DNA from: Eledone cirrhosa | Lineage: Eukaryota | Reading direction: 5' to 3' | Assembly (NCBI GenBank): GCA_964016885.1 | Contig: OZ024753.1 | Span: forward strand, 20,522,001-20,586,000 | Length of the DNA stretch: 64,000 nt | Shown here: one piece after another, positions 1 to 15,000 of the stretch | Numbering within the stretch: the stretch's first letter is position 1 | Layout of the letters: each line of letters opens with the position of its first letter | Notes under the pieces: generated by a model | Seen by the model: the letters and a program-made list of their open reading frames with translations, nothing else | The model's database searches: none | What the model was told of the DNA's origin: nothing | Translations under genes and position numbers: made by a program

Positions 1-3000
1 ACAGTGTATTGTCTGCGGAGTTGGGAATGATGTGTGTGTGGTGTGATACATTGTAGAGTCTGGGGAGTTGGGAAGGATCTGTGTGTGTTGTGATACAGTG
101 TAGTATCTGGGGAGTTGGTAAGTATCTGTGTGTTGTGATACAGTGTATTGTCTGGGGATTTGAGAATGATCTGTGTGTGTTGTGTTACAGTGGAGTGTCT
201 GGGGAGTTGGGAAGGGTATGTGTGTGGTGTGATACAGTGTAGTGTCTGGGGTGTTGGGAAGGATCTGTGTGTGTTGTGATACAGTGTAGTGTCTGTGGTG
301 TTGGGAAGGATCTGTGTGTGTTGTGATACAGTGTAGTGTCTGGGTAGTTGGGAAGGATCTCGGTGCTGTGATACAGTATAGTGTGTGGGGAGTTGGGAAG
401 CGTCTGTGTGTGTTGTGATACAGTGTAGTGTCTGGGTAGTTGGGAAGTATCTGTGTGTGTTGTGATACATAGTATTGTCGGGGGAGTTGGTAAGGATCTG
501 TATGTGTTGTGATACATTGTAGTGACTTGGGAGTTGGGAAGGAGCTGTGTGTGTTGTGATACATTGTAGTATCTTGGGAGTTGGGAAGGAGCTGTGTGTG
601 TTGTGATACATTGTAGTGTCTTGGGAGTTGGGAAGGAGCTGTGCGTGTTGATACAGTGTAGTGTCTTGGGAGTTGGGAAGGATGTGTGTGTGTTGTGATA
701 CATTGTAGAGTCTGGGGAGTTGGGAAGGGTCTGTTTGTATTGTGATACAGTGTAGTGTCTGGGGAGTAGGGGATGATCTGAGTGCAGTGATACGGTGTAG
801 TGTCTGGGGTGTTGGGAAGGATATATGTGTGTTGTGATACAGTGTAGTGTCTGGGGAGTTGGGAGGGATCCGTGTTCGTTGTGATACAGTGTAGTGTCTG
901 GGGAGTTGGGAAGGATCTGTGTGTGTTGTGATACAGTATAGTGTCTGGGGTGTTGGGAAGGATCTGTGTGTGTTGTGATACAGTGTAGTGTCTGGGGTGT
1001 TGGGGAGGATCTGTGTGTGTTGTGATACAGTGTAGTGTCTGGGGTGTTGGGAAGGATTTGTGTGTGTTGTGATACAGTAGGGTGTCTGGGGAGTTGGGAA
1101 GGATCTGTGTGTGTTGTGATGCAGTATAGTGTCTGGGGAGTTGGGAAGGAACTGTGTTTGTTGTGATACAGTATAGTCTCTGGGGATTTAGGAATGATCT
1201 GTGTTTGTTGTGATACATTGTAGAGGCTGGGGAGTTGGCAAGAGTTTCTGTGTGTGTTGTGATACAGTGTAGTGTCTGGGGAGTTGGGAAGGATATGTGT
1301 GTTGTGATACAGTGTAGTATCTGGGGAGTTGGGAAGGATATGTGTGTGTTGTGATACAGTGTAGTGTCTGGGGAGTTGGGAAGGATATGTGTGTGTTGTG
1401 ATACAGTATAGTGTCTGGGGAGTTGGGAAGGAACTGTGTTTGTTGTGATACAGTATAGTGTCTGGGGACTTGGGAATGATCTGTGTGTGTTGTGATACAG
1501 TGTAGTGTCTGGGGAGTTGGGAAGGATATGTGTATATTGTGATACAGTTTAGTGTCTGGGGAGTTGGGAAGGATCTGTGTGTTGGGATAAAGTGTAGTGT
1601 CTGGGGAGTTGGGAAGGATGTGTGTGTGTTGTGATACATTGTAGATTCTGGGGAGTTGGGAATGATCTGTGTGTTGGGAAAATATAGATGTGTTGTTATA
1701 CAGTGTAATGTCTGGGGAGTTGGGAAGGGTCTGTGTGTGGTGTGATACATTGTAGTGTCTTGGGAGTTGGAAAGGAGCTGTGTGTGTTGTGATACAGTGT
1801 ATTGTCTGCGGAGTTGGGAATGATGTGTGTGTGGTGTGATACAGTGTAGTGTCTGGGGAGTTGGGAAGGATCTGTGTGTGGTGTGATACAGTGTAGTGTC
1901 TGGAGAGTTGGGAAGGATCTGTGTGTGTTGTGATACAGTGTAGTGTCTGGGGAGTTGGGAAGGATCTGTGTGTGTTGTGATACAGTATAGTGTCTGGGGT
2001 GTTGGGAAGGATCTGTGTGTGTTGTGATACAGTATAGTGTCTGGGGAGTTGGGAAGGATCTGTGTGTGTTGTGATACAGTAGAGTGTCTAGGTAGTTGGG
2101 AAGGATCTGTGTGTGTTGTGATACAGTATAGTGTCTGGGGAGTTGTGAAGGAACTGTGTTTGTTGTGATACAGTGTAGTGTCTGGGGAGTTGGGAAGGAA
2201 CTGTGTTTGTTGTGATACAGTGTAGTGTCTGGGGATTTGGGAATGATCTGTGTGTGTTGTGATGCAGTATAGTGTCTGGGGAGTTGGGAAGGAACTGTGT
2301 TTGTTGTGATACAGTATAGTCTCTGGGGATTTAGGAATGATCTGTGTTTGTTGTGATACATTGTAGAGGCTGGGGAGTTGGCAAGAGTTTCTGTGTGTGT
2401 TGTGATACAGTGTAGTGTCTGGGGAGTTGGGAAGGATATGTGTGTTGTGATACAGTGTAGTATCTGGGGAGTTGGGAAGGATATGTGTGTGTTGTGATAC
2501 AGTGTAGTGTCTGGGGAGTTGGGAAGGATATGTGTGTGTTGTGATACAGTATAGTGTCTGGGGAGTTGGGAAGGAACTGTGTTTGTTGTGATACAGTATA
2601 GTGTCTGGGGACTTGGGAATGATCTGTGTGTGTTGTGATACAGTGTAGTGTCTGGGGAGTTGGGAAGGATATGTGTATATTGTGATACAGTTTAGTGTCT
2701 GGGGAGTTGGGAAGGATCTGTGTGTTGGGATAAAGTGTAGTGTCTGGGGAGTTGGGAAGGATGTGTGTGTGTTGTGATACATTGTAGAGTCTGGGGAGTT
2801 GGGAATGATCTGTGTGTTGGGAAAATATAGATGTGTTGTTATACAGTGTAATGTCTGGGGAGTTGGGAAGGGTCTGTGTGTGGTGTGATACATTGTAGTG
2901 TCTTGGGAGTTGGAAAGGAGCTGTGTGTGTTGTGATACAGTGTATTGTCTGCGGAGTTGGGAATGATGTGTGTGTGGTGTGATACATTGTAGAGTCTGGG

Positions 3001-6000
3001 GAGTTGGGAAGGATCTGTGTGTGTTGTGATACAGTGTAGTATCTGGGGAGTTGGTAAGTATCTGTGTGTTGTGATACAGTGTATTGTCTGGGGATTTGAG
3101 AATGATCTGTGTGTGTTGTGTTACAGTGGAGTGTCTGGGGAGTTGGGAAGGGTATGTGTGTGGTGTGATACAGTGTAGTGTCTGGGGTGTTGGGAAGGAT
3201 CTGTGTGTGTTGTGATACAGTGTAGTGTCTGTGGTGTTGGGAAGGATCTGTGTGTGTTGTGATACAGTGTAGTGTCTGGGTAGTTGGGAAGGATCTGGGT
3301 GCTGTGATACAGTATAGTGTGTGGGGAGTTGGGAAGCGTCTGTGTGTGTTGTGATACAGTGTAGTGTCTGGGTAGTTGGGAAGTATCTGTGTGTGTTGTG
3401 ATACATAGTATTGTCGGGGGAGTTGGTAAGGATCTGTATGTGTTGTGATACATTGTAGTGACTTGGGAGTTGGGAAGGAGCTGTGTGTGTTGTGATACAT
3501 TGTAGTATCTTGGGAGTTGGGAAGGAGCTGTGTGTGTTGTGATACATTGTAGTGTCTTGGGAGTTGGGAAGGAGCTGTGCGTGTTGATACAGTGTAGTGT
3601 CTTGGGAGTTGGGAAGGATGTGTGTGTGTTGTGATACATTGTAGAGTCTGGGGAGTTGGGAAGGGTCTGTTTGTATTGTGATACAGTGTAGTGTCTGGGG
3701 AGTAGGGGATGATCTGAGTGCAGTGATACGGTGTAGTGTCTGGGGTGTTGGGAAGGATGTGTGTGTGTTGTGATACATTGTAGAGTCTGGGGAGTTGGGA
3801 ATGATCTGTGTGTTGGGAAAATATAGATGTGTTGTTATACAGTGTAATGTCTGGGGAGTTGGGAAGGGTCTGTGTGTGGTGTGATACATTGTAGTGTCTT
3901 GGGAGTTGGAAAGGAGCTGTGTGTGTTGTGATACAGTGTATTGTCTGCGGAGTTGGGAATGATGTGTGTGTGGTGTGATACATTGTAGAGTCTGGGGAGT
4001 TGGGAAGGATCTGTGTGTGTTGTGATACAGTGTAGTATCTGGGGAGTTGGTAAGTATCTGTGTGTTGTGATACAGTGTATTGTCTGGGGATTTGAGAATG
4101 ATCTGTGTGTGTTGTGTTACAGTGGAGTGTCTGGGGAGTTGGGAAGGGTATGTGTGTGGTGTGATACAGTGTAGTGTCTGGGGTGTTGGGAAGGATCTGT
4201 GTGTGTTGTGATACAGTGTAGTGTCTGTGGTGTTGGGAAGGATCTGTGTGTGTTGTGATACAGTGTAGTGTCTGGGTAGTTGGGAAGGATCTGGGTGCTG
4301 TGATACAGTATAGTGTGTGGGGAGTTGGGAAGCGTCTGTGTGTGTTGTGATACAGTGTAGTGTCTGGGTAGTTGGGAAGTATCTGTGTGTGTTGTGATAC
4401 ATAGTATTGTCGGGGGAGTTGGTAAGGATCTGTATGTGTTGTGATACATTGTAGTGACTTGGGAGTTGGGAAGGAGCTGTGTGTGTTGTGATACATTGTA
4501 GTATCTTGGGAGTTGGGAAGGAGCTGTGTGTGTTGTGATACATTGTAGTGTCTTGGGAGTTGGGAAGGAGCTGTGCGTGTTGATACAGTGTAGTGTCTTG
4601 GGAGTTGGGAAGGATGTGTGTGTGTTGTGATACATTGTAGAGTCTGGGGAGTTGGGAAGGGTCTGTTTGTATTGTGATACAGTGTAGTGTCTGGGGAGTA
4701 GGGGATGATCTGAGTGCAGTGATACGGTGTAGTGTCTGGGGTGTTGGGAAGGATATATGTGTGTTGTGATACAGTGTAGTGTCTGGGGAGTTGGGAGGGA
4801 TCCGTGTTCGTTGTGATACAGTGTAGTGTCTGGGGAGTTGGGAAGGATCTGTGTGTGTTGTGATACAGTATAGTGTCTGGGGTGTTGGGAAGGATCTGTG
4901 TGTGTTGTGATACAGTGTAGTGTCTGGGGTGTTGGGAAGGATCTGTGTGTGTTGTGATACAGTGTAGTGTCTGGGGTGTTGGGAAGGATTTGTGTGTGTT
5001 GTGATACAGTAGGGTGTCTGGGGAGTTGGGAAGGATCTGTGTGTGTTGTGATACAGTATAGTGTCTGGGGTGTTGGGAAGGATCTGTGTGTGTTGTGATA
5101 CAGTATAGTGTCTGGGGAGTTGGGAAGGATCTGTGTGTGTTGTGATACAGTATAGTGTCTGGGGAGTTGGGAAGGATCTGTGTGTGTTGTGATACAGTAT
5201 AGTGTCTGGGGTGTTGGGAAGGATCTGTGTGTGTTGTGATACAGTGTAGTGTCTGGGGTGTTGGGAAGGATCTGTGTGTGTTGTGATACAGTGTAGTGTC
5301 TGGGGTGTTGGGAAGGATCTGTGTGTGTTGTGATACAGTATAGTGTCTGGGGAGTTGGGAAGGATCTGTGTGTGTTGTGATACAGTATAGTGTCTGGGGT
5401 GTTGGGAAGGATCTGTGTGTGTTGTGATACAGTGTAGTGTCTGGGGAGTTGGGAAGGATCTGTGTGTGTTGTGATACAGTGTAGTGTCTGGGGAGTTGGG
5501 AAGGATCTGTGTGTGTTGTGATACAGTGTAGTGTCTGGGGAGTTGGGAAGGATATGTGTGTGTTGTGATACAGTGTAGTGTCTGGGGAGTTGGGAAGGAT
5601 CTGTGTGTGTTGTGATACAATATAGTGTCTGGGGTGTTGGGAAGGATCTGTGTGTGTTGTGATACAGTGTAGTGTCTGGGGTGTTGGGAAGGATCTGTGT
5701 GTGTTGTGATACAGTATAGTGTCTGTGGAGTTGGGAAGGATCTGTGTGTGTTGTGATTCAGTATAGTGTCTGGGGTGTTGGGAAGGATCTGTGTGTGTTG
5801 TGATACAGTGTAGTGTCTGGGGAGTTGGGAAGGATTTGTGTGTGTTGTGATACAGTGTAGTGTCTAGGGAGTTGGGAAGGATCTGTGTGTGTTGTGATAC
5901 AGTATAGTGTCTGGGGAGTTCGGAAGGATCTGTGTGTGTTGTGATACAGTATAGTGTTTGGGGTGTTGGGAAGGATCTGTGTGTGTTGTGATACAGTGTA

Positions 6001-9000
6001 GTGTCTGGGGTGTTGGGAAGGATCTGTGTGTGTTGTGATACAGTGTAGTGTCTGGGGTGTTGGGAAGGATTTGTGTGTGTTGTGATACAGTGTAATGTCT
6101 GGGGAGTTGGGAAGGATCTGTGTGTGTTGTGATACAGTATAGTGTCTGGGGAGTTGGGAAGGATCTGTGTGTGTTGTGATACAGTATAGTGTCTTGGGTG
6201 TTGGGAAGGATCTGTGTGTGTTGTGATACAGTGTAGTGTCTGGGGAGTTGGGAAGGATCTGTGTGTGTTGTGATACAGTGTAGTGTCTGGGGAGTTGGGA
6301 AGGATCTGTGTGTGGTGTGATACAGTGTAGTGTCTGGGTAGTTGGGAAGGATCTGGGTGCTGTGATACAGTATAGTGTGTGGGGAGTTGGGAAGCGTCTG
6401 TGTGTGTTGTGATACAGTGTAGTGTCTGGGTAGTTGGGAAGTATCTGTGTGTGTTGTGATACAGTATAGTGTCTTGGGTGTTGGGAAGGATCTGTGTGTG
6501 TTGTGATACAGTGTAGTGTCTGGGGAGTTGGGAAGGATCTGTGTGTGTTGTGATACAGTGTAGTGTCTGGGGAGTTGGGAAGGATCTGTGTGTGGTGTGA
6601 TACAGTGTAGTGTCTGGAGAGTTGGGAAGGATCTGTGTGTGTTGTGATACAGTATAGTGTCTGGGGAGTTGGGAAGGATCTGTGTGTGTTGTGATACAGT
6701 ATAGTGTCTGGGGTGTTGGGAAGGATCTGTGTGTGTTGTGATACAGTGTAGTGTCTGGGGAGTTGGGAAGGATCTGTGTGTGTTGTGATACAATATAGTG
6801 TCTGGGGTGTTGGGAAGGATCTGTGTGTGTTGTGATACAGTGTAGTGTCTGGGGTGTTGGGAAGGATCTGTGTGTGTTGTGATACTGTATATTGTCTGGG
6901 GAGTTGGGAAGGATCTGTGTGTGTTGTGATTCAGTATAGTGTTTGGGGTGTTGGGAAGGATCTGTGTGTGTTGTGATACAGTGTAGTGTCTGGGGATTTG
7001 GGAAGGATCTGTGTGTGTTGTGATACAGTGTAGTGTCTGGGGGGTTAGGAAGGATCTGTGTGTGTTGTGATACAGTATAGTGTCTGGGGAGTTGGGAAGG
7101 ATCTGTGTGTGTTGTGATTCTGTATAGTGTCTGGGGAGTTCGGAAGGATCTGTGTGTGTTGTGATACAGTATAGTGTTTTTGGTGTTGGGAAGGATCTGT
7201 GTGTGTTGTGATACAGTGTAGTGTCTGGGGTGTTGGGAAGGATCTGTGCGTGTTGTGATACAGTGTAGTGTCTGGGGTGTTGGGAAGGATCTGTGTGTGT
7301 TGTGATACAGTGTAATGTCTGGGGAGTTGGGAAGGATCTGTGTGTGTTGTGATACAGTATAGTGTCTGGGGAGTTGGGAAGGATCTGTGTGTGTTGTGAT
7401 ACAGTATAGTGTCTTGGGTGTTGGGAAGGATCTGTGTGTGTTGTGATACAGTGTAGTGTCTGGGGAGTTGGGAAGGATCTGTGTGTGTTGTGATACAGTG
7501 TAGTGTCTGGGGTGTTGGGAAGGATCTGTGTGTGGTGTGATACAGTGTAGTGTCTGGGTAGTTGGGAAGGATCTGGGTGCTGTGATACAGTATAGTGTGT
7601 GGGGAGTTGGGAAGCGTCTGTGTGTGTTGTGATACAGTGTAGTGTCTGGGTAGTTGGGAAGTATCTGTGCGTGTTGTGATACAGTATAGTGTCTTTGGTG
7701 TTGGGAAGGATCTGTGTGTGTTGTGATACAGTGTAGTGTCTGGGGAGTTGGGAAGGATCTGTGTGTGTTGTGATACAGTGTAGTGTCTGGGGAGTTGGGA
7801 AGGATCTGTGTGTGGTGTGATACAGTGTAGTGTCTGGAGAGTTGGGAAGGATCTGTGTGTGTTGTGATACAGTGTAGTGTCTGGGGAGTTGGGAAGGATC
7901 TGTGTGTGTTGTGATACAGTATAGTGTCTGGGGAGTTGGGAAGGATATGTGTGTGTTGTGATACAGTATAGTGTCTGGGGAGTTGGGAAGGATCTGTGTG
8001 TGTTGTGATACAGTATAGTGTCTGGGGTGTTGGGATGGATCTGTGTGTTGTGATACAGTGTAGTGTCTGGGGAGTTGGGAAGGATCTGTGTGTGTTGTGA
8101 TACAATATAGTGTCTGGGGTGTTGGGAAGGATCTGTGTGTGTTGTGATACAGTGTAGTGTCTGGGGTGTTGGGAAGGATCTGTGTGTGTTGTGATACAGT
8201 ATAGTGTCTGGGGAGTTGGGAAGGATCTGTGTGTGTTGTGATTCAGTATAGTGTCTGGGGTGTTGGGAAGGATCTGTGTGTGTTGTGATACAGTGTAGTG
8301 TCTGGGGGTTTGGGAAGGATCTGTGTGTGTTGTGATACAGTGTAGTGTCTAGGTGGTTGGGAAGGATCTGTGTGTGTTGTGATACAGTATAGTGTCTGGG
8401 GAGTTGGGAAGGATCTGTGTGTGTTGTGATACAGTATAGTGTCTGGGGTGTTGGGAAGTATCTGTGTGTGTTGTGATACAGTGTAGTGTCTGGGGTGTTG
8501 GGAAGGATCTGTGTGTGTTGTGATACAGTATAGTGTCTGGGGTGTTGGGAAGGATCTGTGTGTGTTGTGATACAGTATAGTGTCTGGGGAGTTGGGAAGG
8601 ATCTGTGTGTGTTGTGATACAGTAGAGTGTCTAGGGAGTTGGGAAGGATCTGTGTGTGTTGTGATACAGTATAGTGTCTGGGGAGTTGTGAAGGAACTGT
8701 GTTTGTTGTGATACAGTGTAGTGTCTTGGGAGTTGGGAAGGAACTGTGTTTGTCGTGATACAGTGTAGTGTCTGGGGATTTGGGAATGATCTGTGTGTGT
8801 TGTGATGCAGTATAGTGTCTGGGGAGTTGGGAAGGAACTGTGTTTGTTGTGATACAGTATAGTCTCTGGGGATTTAGGAATGATCTGTGTTTGTTGTGAT
8901 ACATTGTAGAGGCTGGGGAGTTGGCAAGAGTTTCTGTGTGTGTTGTGATACAGTGTAGTGTCTGGGGAGTTGGGAAGGATATGTGTGTTGTGATACAGTG

Positions 9001-12000
9001 TAGTATCTGGGGAGTTGGGAAGGATATGTGTGTGTTGTGATACAGTGTAGTGTCTGGGGAGTTGGGAAGGATATGTGTGTGTTGTGATACAGTATAGTGT
9101 CTGGGGAGTTGGGAAGGAACTGTGTTTGTTGTGATACAGTATAGTGTCTGGGGACTTGGGAATGATCTGTGTGTGTTGTGATACAGTGTAGTGTCTGGGG
9201 AGTTGGGAAGGATATGTGTATATTGTGATACAGTTTAGTGTCTGGGGAGTTGGGAAGGATCTGTGTGTTGGGATAAAGTGTAGTGTCTGGGGAGTTGGGA
9301 AGGATGTGTGTGTGTTGTGATACATTGTAGAGTCTGGGGAGTTGGGAATGATCTGTGTGTTGGGAAAATATAGATGTGTTGTTATACAGTGTAATGTCTG
9401 GGGAGTTGGGAAGGGTCTGTGTGTGGTGTGATACATTGTAGTGTCTTGGGAGTTGGAAAGGAGCTGTGTGTGTTGTGATACAGTGTATTGTCTGCGGAGT
9501 TGGGAATGATGTGTGTGTGGTGTGATACATTGTAGAGTCTGGGGAGTTGGGAAGGATCTGTGTGTGTTGTGATACAGTGTAGTATCTGGGGAGTTGGTAA
9601 GTATCTGTGTGTTGTGATACAGTGTAGTATCTGGGGAGTTGGTAAGTATCTGTGTGTTGTGATACAGTGTATTGTCTGGGGATTTGAGAATGATCTGTGT
9701 GTGTTGTGTTACAGTGGAGTGTCTGGGGAGTTGGGAAGGGTATGTGTGTGGTGTGATACAGTGTAGTGTCTGGGGTGTTGGGAAGGATCTGTGTGTGTTG
9801 TGATACAGTGTAGTGTCTGTGGTTTTGGGAAGGATCTGTGTGTGTTGTGATACAGTGTAGTGTCTGGGTAGTTGGGAAGGATCTGGGTGCTGTGATACAG
9901 TATAGTGTGTGGGGAGTTGGGAAGCGTCTGTGTATGTTGTGATACAGTGTAGTGTCTGGGTAGTTGGGAAGTATCTGTGTGTGTTGTGATACATAGTATT
10001 GTCGGGGGAGTTGGTAAGGATCTGTATGTGTTGTGATACATTGTAGTGACTTGGGAGTTGGGAAGGAGCTGTGTGTGTTGTGATACATTGTAGTGTCTTG
10101 GGAGTTGGGAAGGAGCTGTGCGTGTTGATACAGTGTAGTGTCTTGGGAGTTGGGAAGGATGTGTGTGTGTTGTGATACATTGTAGAGTCTGGGGAGTTGG
10201 GAAGGGTCTGTTTGTATTGTGATACAGTGTAGTGTCTGGGGAGTAGGGGATGATCTGAGTGCAGTGATACGGTGTAGTGTCTGGGGTGTTGGGAAGGATA
10301 TATGTGTGTTGTGATACAGTGTAGTGTCTGGGTAGTTGGGAGGGATCCGTGTTCGTTGTGATACAGTGTAGTGTCTGGGGAGTTGGGAAGGATCTGTGAG
10401 TGTTGTGATACAGTATAGTGTCTGGGGTGTTGGGAAGGATCTGTGTGTGTTGTGATACAGTGTAGTGTCTGGGGTGTTGGGGATGATCTGTGTGTGTTGT
10501 GATACAGTGTAGTGTCTGGGGTGTTGGGAAGGATTTGTGTGTGTTGTGATTCAGTAGGGTGTCTGGGGAGTTGGGAAGGATCTGTGTGTGTTGTGATACA
10601 GTATAGTGTCTGGGGTGTTGGGAAGGATCTGTGTGTGTTGTGATACAGTATAGTGTCTGGGGAGTTGGGAAGGATCTGTGTGTGTTGTGATACAGTATAG
10701 TGTCTGGGGAGTTGGGAAGGATCTGTGTGTGTTGTGATACAGTATAGTGTCTGGGGTGTTGGGAAGGATCTGTGTGTGTTGTGATACAGTGTAGTGTCTG
10801 GGGTGTTGGGAAGGATCTGTGTGTGTTGTGATACAGTGTAGTGTCTGGGGTGTTGGGAAGGATCTGTGTGTGTTGTGATACAGTATAGTGTCTGGGGAGT
10901 TGGGAAGGATCTGTGTGTGTTGTGATACAGTATAGTGTCTGGGGTGTTGGGAAGGATCTGTGTGTGTTGTGATACAGTGTAGTGTCTGGGGAGTTGGGAA
11001 GGATCTGTGTGTGTTGTGATACAGTGTAGTGTCTGGGGAGTTGGGAAGGATCTGTGTGTGTTGTGATACAGTGTAGTGTCTGGGGAGTTGGGAAGGATCT
11101 GTGTGTGTTGTGATACAGTGTAGTGTCTGGGGAGTTGGGAAGGATCTGTGTGTGTTGTGATACAATATAGTGTCTGGGGTGTTGGGAAGGATCTGTGTGT
11201 GTTGTGATACAGTGTAGTGTCTGGGGTGTTGGGAAGGATCTGTGTGTGTTGTGATACAGTGTAGTGTCTGGGGTGTTGGGAAGGATCTGTGTGTGTTGTG
11301 ATACAGTGTAATGTCTGGGGAGTTGGGAAGGATCTGTGTGTGTTGTGATACAGTATAGTGTCTGGGGAGTTGGGAAGGATCTGTGTGTGTTGTGATACAG
11401 TATAGTGTCTTGGGTGTTGGGAAGGATCTGTGTGTGTTGTGATACAGTGTAGTGTCTGGGGAGTTGGGAAGGATCTGTGTGTGTTGTGATACAGTGTAGT
11501 GTCTGGGGAGTTGGGAAGGATCTGTGTGTGGTGTGATACAGTGTAGTGTCTGGGTAGTTGGGAAGGATCTGGGTGCTGTGATACAGTATAGTGTGTGGGG
11601 AGTTGGGAAGCGTCTGTGTGTGTTGTGATACAGTGTAGTGTCTGGGTAGTTGGGAAGTATCTGTGTGTGTTGTGATACAGTATAGTGTCTTGGGTGTTGG
11701 GAAGGATCTGTGTGTGTTGTGATACAGTGTAGTGTCTGGGGAGTTGGGAAGGATCTGTGTGTGTTGTGATACAGTGTAGTGTCTGGGGAGTTGGGAAGGA
11801 TCTGTGTGTGGTGTGATACAGTGTAGTGTCTGGAGAGTTGGGAAGGATCTGTGTGTGTTGTGATACAGTGTAGTGTCTGGGGAGTTGGGAAGGATCTGTG
11901 TGTGTTGTGATACAGTATAGTGTCTGGGGAGTTGGGAAGGATATGTGTGTGTTGTGATACAGTATAGTGTCTGGGGAGTTGGGAAGGATCTGTGTGTGTT

Positions 12001-15000
12001 GTGATACAGTATAGTGTCTGGGGTGTTGGGAAGGATCTGTGTGTGTTGTGATACAGTGTAGTGTCTGGGGAGTTGGGAAGGATCTGTGTGTGTTGTGATA
12101 CAATATAGTGTCTGGGGTGTTGGGAAGGATCTGTGTGTGTTGTGATACAGTGTAGTGTCTGGGGTGTTGGGAAGGATCTGTGTGTGTTGTGATACTGTAT
12201 AGTGTCTGGGGAGTTGGGAAGGATCTGTGTGTGTTGTGATTCAGTATAGTGTCTGGGGTGTTGGGAAGGATCTGTGTGTGTTGTGATACAGTGTAGTGTC
12301 TGGGGATTTGGGAAGGATCTGTGTGTGTTGTGATACAGTGTAGTGTCTGGGGGGTTAGGAAGGATCTGTGTGTGTTGTGATACAGTATAGTGTCTGGGGA
12401 GTTGGGAATGATCTGTGTGTGTTGTGATTCAGTATAGTGTCTGGGGAGTTCGGAAGGATCTGTGTGTGTTGTGATACAGTATAGTGTTTTGGGTGTTGGG
12501 AAGGATCTGTGTGTGTTGTGATACAGTGTAGTGTCTGGGGTGTTGGGAAGGATCTGTGCGTGTTGTGATACAGTGTAGTGTCTGGGGTGTTGGGAAGGAT
12601 CTGTGTGTGTTGTGATACAGTGTAATGTCTGGGGAGTTGGGAAGGATCTGTGTGTGTTGTGATACAGTATAGTGTCTGGGGAGTTGGGAAGGATCTGTGT
12701 GTGTTGTGATACAGTATAGTGTCTTGGGTGTTGGGAAGGATATGTGTGTGTTGTGATACAGTGTAGTGTCTGGGGAGTTGGGAAGGATCTGTGTGTGTTG
12801 TGATACAGTGTAGTGTCTGGGGTGTTGGGAAGGATCTGTGTGTGGTGTGATACAGTGTAGTGTCTGGGTAGTTGGGAAGGATCTGGGTGCTGTGATACAG
12901 TATAGTGTGTGGGGAGTTGGGAAGCGTCTGTGTGTGTTGTGATACAGTGTAGTGTCTGGGTAGTTGGGAAGTATCTGTGTGTGTTGTGATACAGTATAGT
13001 GTCTTTGGTGTTGGGAAGGATCTGTGTGTGTTGTGATACAGTGTAGTGTCTGGGGAGTTGGGAAGGATCTGTGTGTGTTGTGATACAGTGTAGTGTCTGG
13101 GGAGTTGGGAAGGATCTGTGTGTGGTGTGATACAGTGTAGTGTCTGGAGAGTTGGGAAGGATCTGTGTGTGTTGTGATACAGTGTAGTGTCTGGGGAGTT
13201 GGGAAGGATCTGTGTGTGTTGTGATACAGTATAGTGTCTGGGGAGTTGGGAAGGATATGTGTGTGTTGTGATACAGTATAGTGTCTGGGGAGTTGGGAAG
13301 GATCTGTGTGTGTTGTGATACAGTATAGTGTCTGGGGTGTTGGGAAGGATCTGTGTGTGTTGTGATACAGTGTAGTGTCTGGGGAGTTGGGAAGGATCTG
13401 TGTGTGTTGTGATACAATATAGTGTCTGGGGTGTTGGGAAGGATCTGTGTGTGTTGTGATACAGTGTAGTGTCTGGGGTGTTGGGAAGGATCTGTGTGTG
13501 TTGTGATACAGTATAGTGTCTGGGGAGTTGGGAAGGATCTGTGTGTGTTGTGATTCAGTATAGTGTCTGGGGTGTTGGGAAGGATCTGTGTGTGTTGTGA
13601 TACAGTGTAGTGTCTGGGGGTTTGGGAAGGATCTGTGTGTGTTGTGATAGAGTGTAGTGTCTAGGTGGTTGGGAAGAATCTGTGTGTGTTGTGATACAGT
13701 ATAGTGTCTGGGGAGTTGGGAAGGATCTGTGTGTGTTGTGATACAGTATAGTGTCTGGGGTGTTGGGAAGTATCTGTGTGTGTTGTGATACAGTGTATTG
13801 TCTGGGGTGTTGGGAAGGATCTGTGTGTGTTGTGATACAGTATAGTGTCTGGGGTGTTGGGAAGGATCTGTGTGTGTTGTGATACAGTATAGTGTCTGGG
13901 GAGTTGGGAAGGATCTGTGTGTGTTGTGATACAGTAGAGTGTCTAGGGAGTTGGGAAGGATCTGTGTGTGTTGTGATACAGTATAGTGTCTGGGGAGTTG
14001 TGAAGGAACTGTGTTTGTTGTGATACAGTGTAGTGTCTTGGGAGTTGGGAAGGAACTGTGTTTGTTGTGATACAGTGTAGTGTCTGGGGATTTGGGAATG
14101 ATCTGTGTGTGTTGTGATGCAGTATAGTGTCTGGGGAGTTGGGAAGGAACTGTGTTTGTTGTGATACAGTATAGTCTCTGGGGATTTAGGAATGATCTGT
14201 GTTTGTTGTGATACATTGTAGAGGCTGGGGAGTTGGCAAGAGTTTCTGTGTGTGTTGTGATACAGTGTAGTGTCTGGGGAGTTGGGAAGGATATGTGTGT
14301 TGTGATACAGTGTAGTATCTGGGGAGTTGGGAAGGATATGTGTGTGTTGTGATACAGTGTAGTGTCTGGGGAGTTGGGAAGGATATGTGTGTGTTGTGAT
14401 ACAGTATAGTGTCTGGGGAGTTGGGAAGGAACTGTGTTTGTTGTGATACAGTATAGTGTCTGGGGACTTGGGAATGATCTGTGTGTGTTGTGATACAGTG
14501 TAGTGTCTGGGGAGTTGGGAAGGATATGTGTATATTGTGATACAGTTTAGTGTCTGGGGAGTTGGGAAGGATCTGTGTGTTGGGATAAAGTGTAGTGTCT
14601 GGGGAGTTGGGAAGGATGTGTGTGTGTTGTGATACATTGTAGAGTCTGGGGAGTTGGGAATGATCTGTGTGTTGGGAAAATATAGATGTGTTGTTATACA
14701 GTGTAATGTCTGGGGAGTTGGGAAGGGTCTGTGTGTGGTGTGATACATTGTAGTGTCTTGGGAGTTGGAAAGGAGCTGTGTGTGTTGTGATACAGTGTAT
14801 TGTCTGCGGAGTTGGGAATGATGTGTGTGTGGTGTGATACATTGTAGAGTCTGGGGAGTTGGGAAGGATCTGTGTGTGTTGTGATACAGTGTAGTATCTG
14901 GGGAGTTGGTAAGTATCTGTGTGTTGTGATACAGTGTAGTATCTGGGGAGTTGGTAAGTATCTGTGTGTTGTGATACAGTGTATTGTCTGGGGATTTGAG